In this document: piece after piece, positions 63,163 to 64,000 of the stretch
Layout of the letters: each line of letters opens with the position of its first letter
Numbering within the stretch: position 1 is the first letter of the stretch
NCBI RefSeq assembly: GCF_006345805.1
Contig: NC_043013.1
Location: 15,500,001 to 15,564,000 of the forward strand
Length of the DNA stretch: 64,000 nucleotides
Direction: 5' to 3'
From: Octopus sinensis
Taxonomy: Eukaryota
The notes under the pieces: generated by a model
What the model was told of the DNA's origin: nothing
Databases searched by the model: none
The model's input: only the letters and a program-made list of their open reading frames with translations
Made by a program: the position numbers and the translations under genes

Positions 63163-63499
63163 CTGGTGAAGAGTTAAAAAAAAAATAGAATAGAAATATA
63201 AAAATATATGAATCTCACAAGAATTGACTCTGCAGTTTTGTCTTGAAGTAAAGAATTACCTAAAACGATAATTATTTCTAATCTAAACACAAAAGCTAGT
63301 AAATTTAAGGGAAGGGTGATTATGTAATTTGAAGGAATCCAGTACTTAACTGGCCCTTTATATTGTCGAGCCCGAAAGAATGAAAGACAAAATTTGACGT
63401 CTGCAGGATTCGAACTCAGAACATAAAGAAACTGAGTATATCCCGTAAGGCATATTTTCCAACACTCTTACGATCCTGCTAAACACCTGTCGTACTTAC

Positions 63500-63545
63500 G
63501 TTGTAAAGTAATGGAATAATCTGATTTTGCGGCGGATACGTCCAC
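63500..63545 (-). CDS. Candidate 5'-most exon in window of the large membrane-protein gene (VDVSAAKSDYSITLQ, phase 0->1)
   Basis: Strong donor C|GTAAGT and an AG acceptor with a weak pyrimidine tract. Its phase 1 end fits the next exon (C+AA=Gln). The peptide resembles a signal-peptide end, but it is short. Confidence 0.4.
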
Positions 63546-63654
63546 CTAGTCGCTTTAAACATGTGCCAGAATCTAATAGGGTGGTCTCAATGTGTTGACA
63601 CGAGTTGCTAGAAATATTAGGATAATGTCTTCATAATGTCTTTTTAAAAAAAGG

Positions 63655-64000
63655 GAGGATCTTTTCGGTTTGACCGGCAGTTTTTAAAAATAATTTCCAC
63701 GTAACTAAACACTTTTAAACTTCGTATACTGGTAGAATGTGTTTATAAAAGATATTTTTCTCTTGGCTTTATTGAGAAAATTCTATGGTTTGTAAGATAC
63801 TTGTTTTTTTTTCTTCAATTTCAACCAATCAATGACGTCTATTGAGGTGAAAACATTCTGTGCCGCATGACTATGTCCCTCGTTTAAGAAACAGATTGGG
63901 TTTATTTACATTTCTGAAGAAAAAAAGATACCCTTCTCCCCACCCCTAACCCTAACCCTGACTAACCCTAACTCTAACTCGAACCCTAAAACAGATTGAA
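63655..64000. mobile_element. Second copy of the telomere-repeat-bearing MITE, cut off by the window end
   Basis: Colinear with 23423-23800, including the CCCTAA array. Confidence 0.88.

Overview
AT-rich animal genomic DNA dense in microsatellites and SINEs. The repeat families suggest a coleoid cephalopod, probably Octopus (inference). One large intron-rich gene runs on the minus strand across almost the whole window. I assembled 27 exon segments by hand (63545 down to the stop at 3815); 24 of them (53279-3815) join in one continuous frame of about 1009 aa with matching splice phases. The product is a type I membrane protein: Cys-rich resistin/PCSK9-like module, furin-type site, EGF, EGF/FN2 halves, LamG (ConA-like) domain, long Gly-rich repeat region, WSC domain, remaining FN2/EGF halves, two more EGF-like repeats, TM helix and a tail of about 55 aa. 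Its most striking feature is apparent nesting: an EGF domain is split by an FN2 domain, which is itself split by about 650 aa (LamG + Gly-rich + WSC). The 5' end (signal peptide) lies outside the window, and one junction (60715 to 53279) is out of phase. The introns hold tRNA-type SINEs, Dong/R4-like LINE pieces embedded in (AAT)n, Tx1/L1 and RTE fragments, mariner remnants, Helitron-like elements, a MITE with telomere-like repeats and a 6-bp TSD, and Penelope-like elements. Several minimal type I hammerhead ribozyme motifs (canonical and core-variant) sit in Penelope-type terminal repeats. Recurrent fold-back inversions centred on (TA)n may be biological or assembly artefacts. Most entries in the supplied ORF track are microsatellite or antisense noise. 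All domain calls are by-eye motif recognition; no searches were run.
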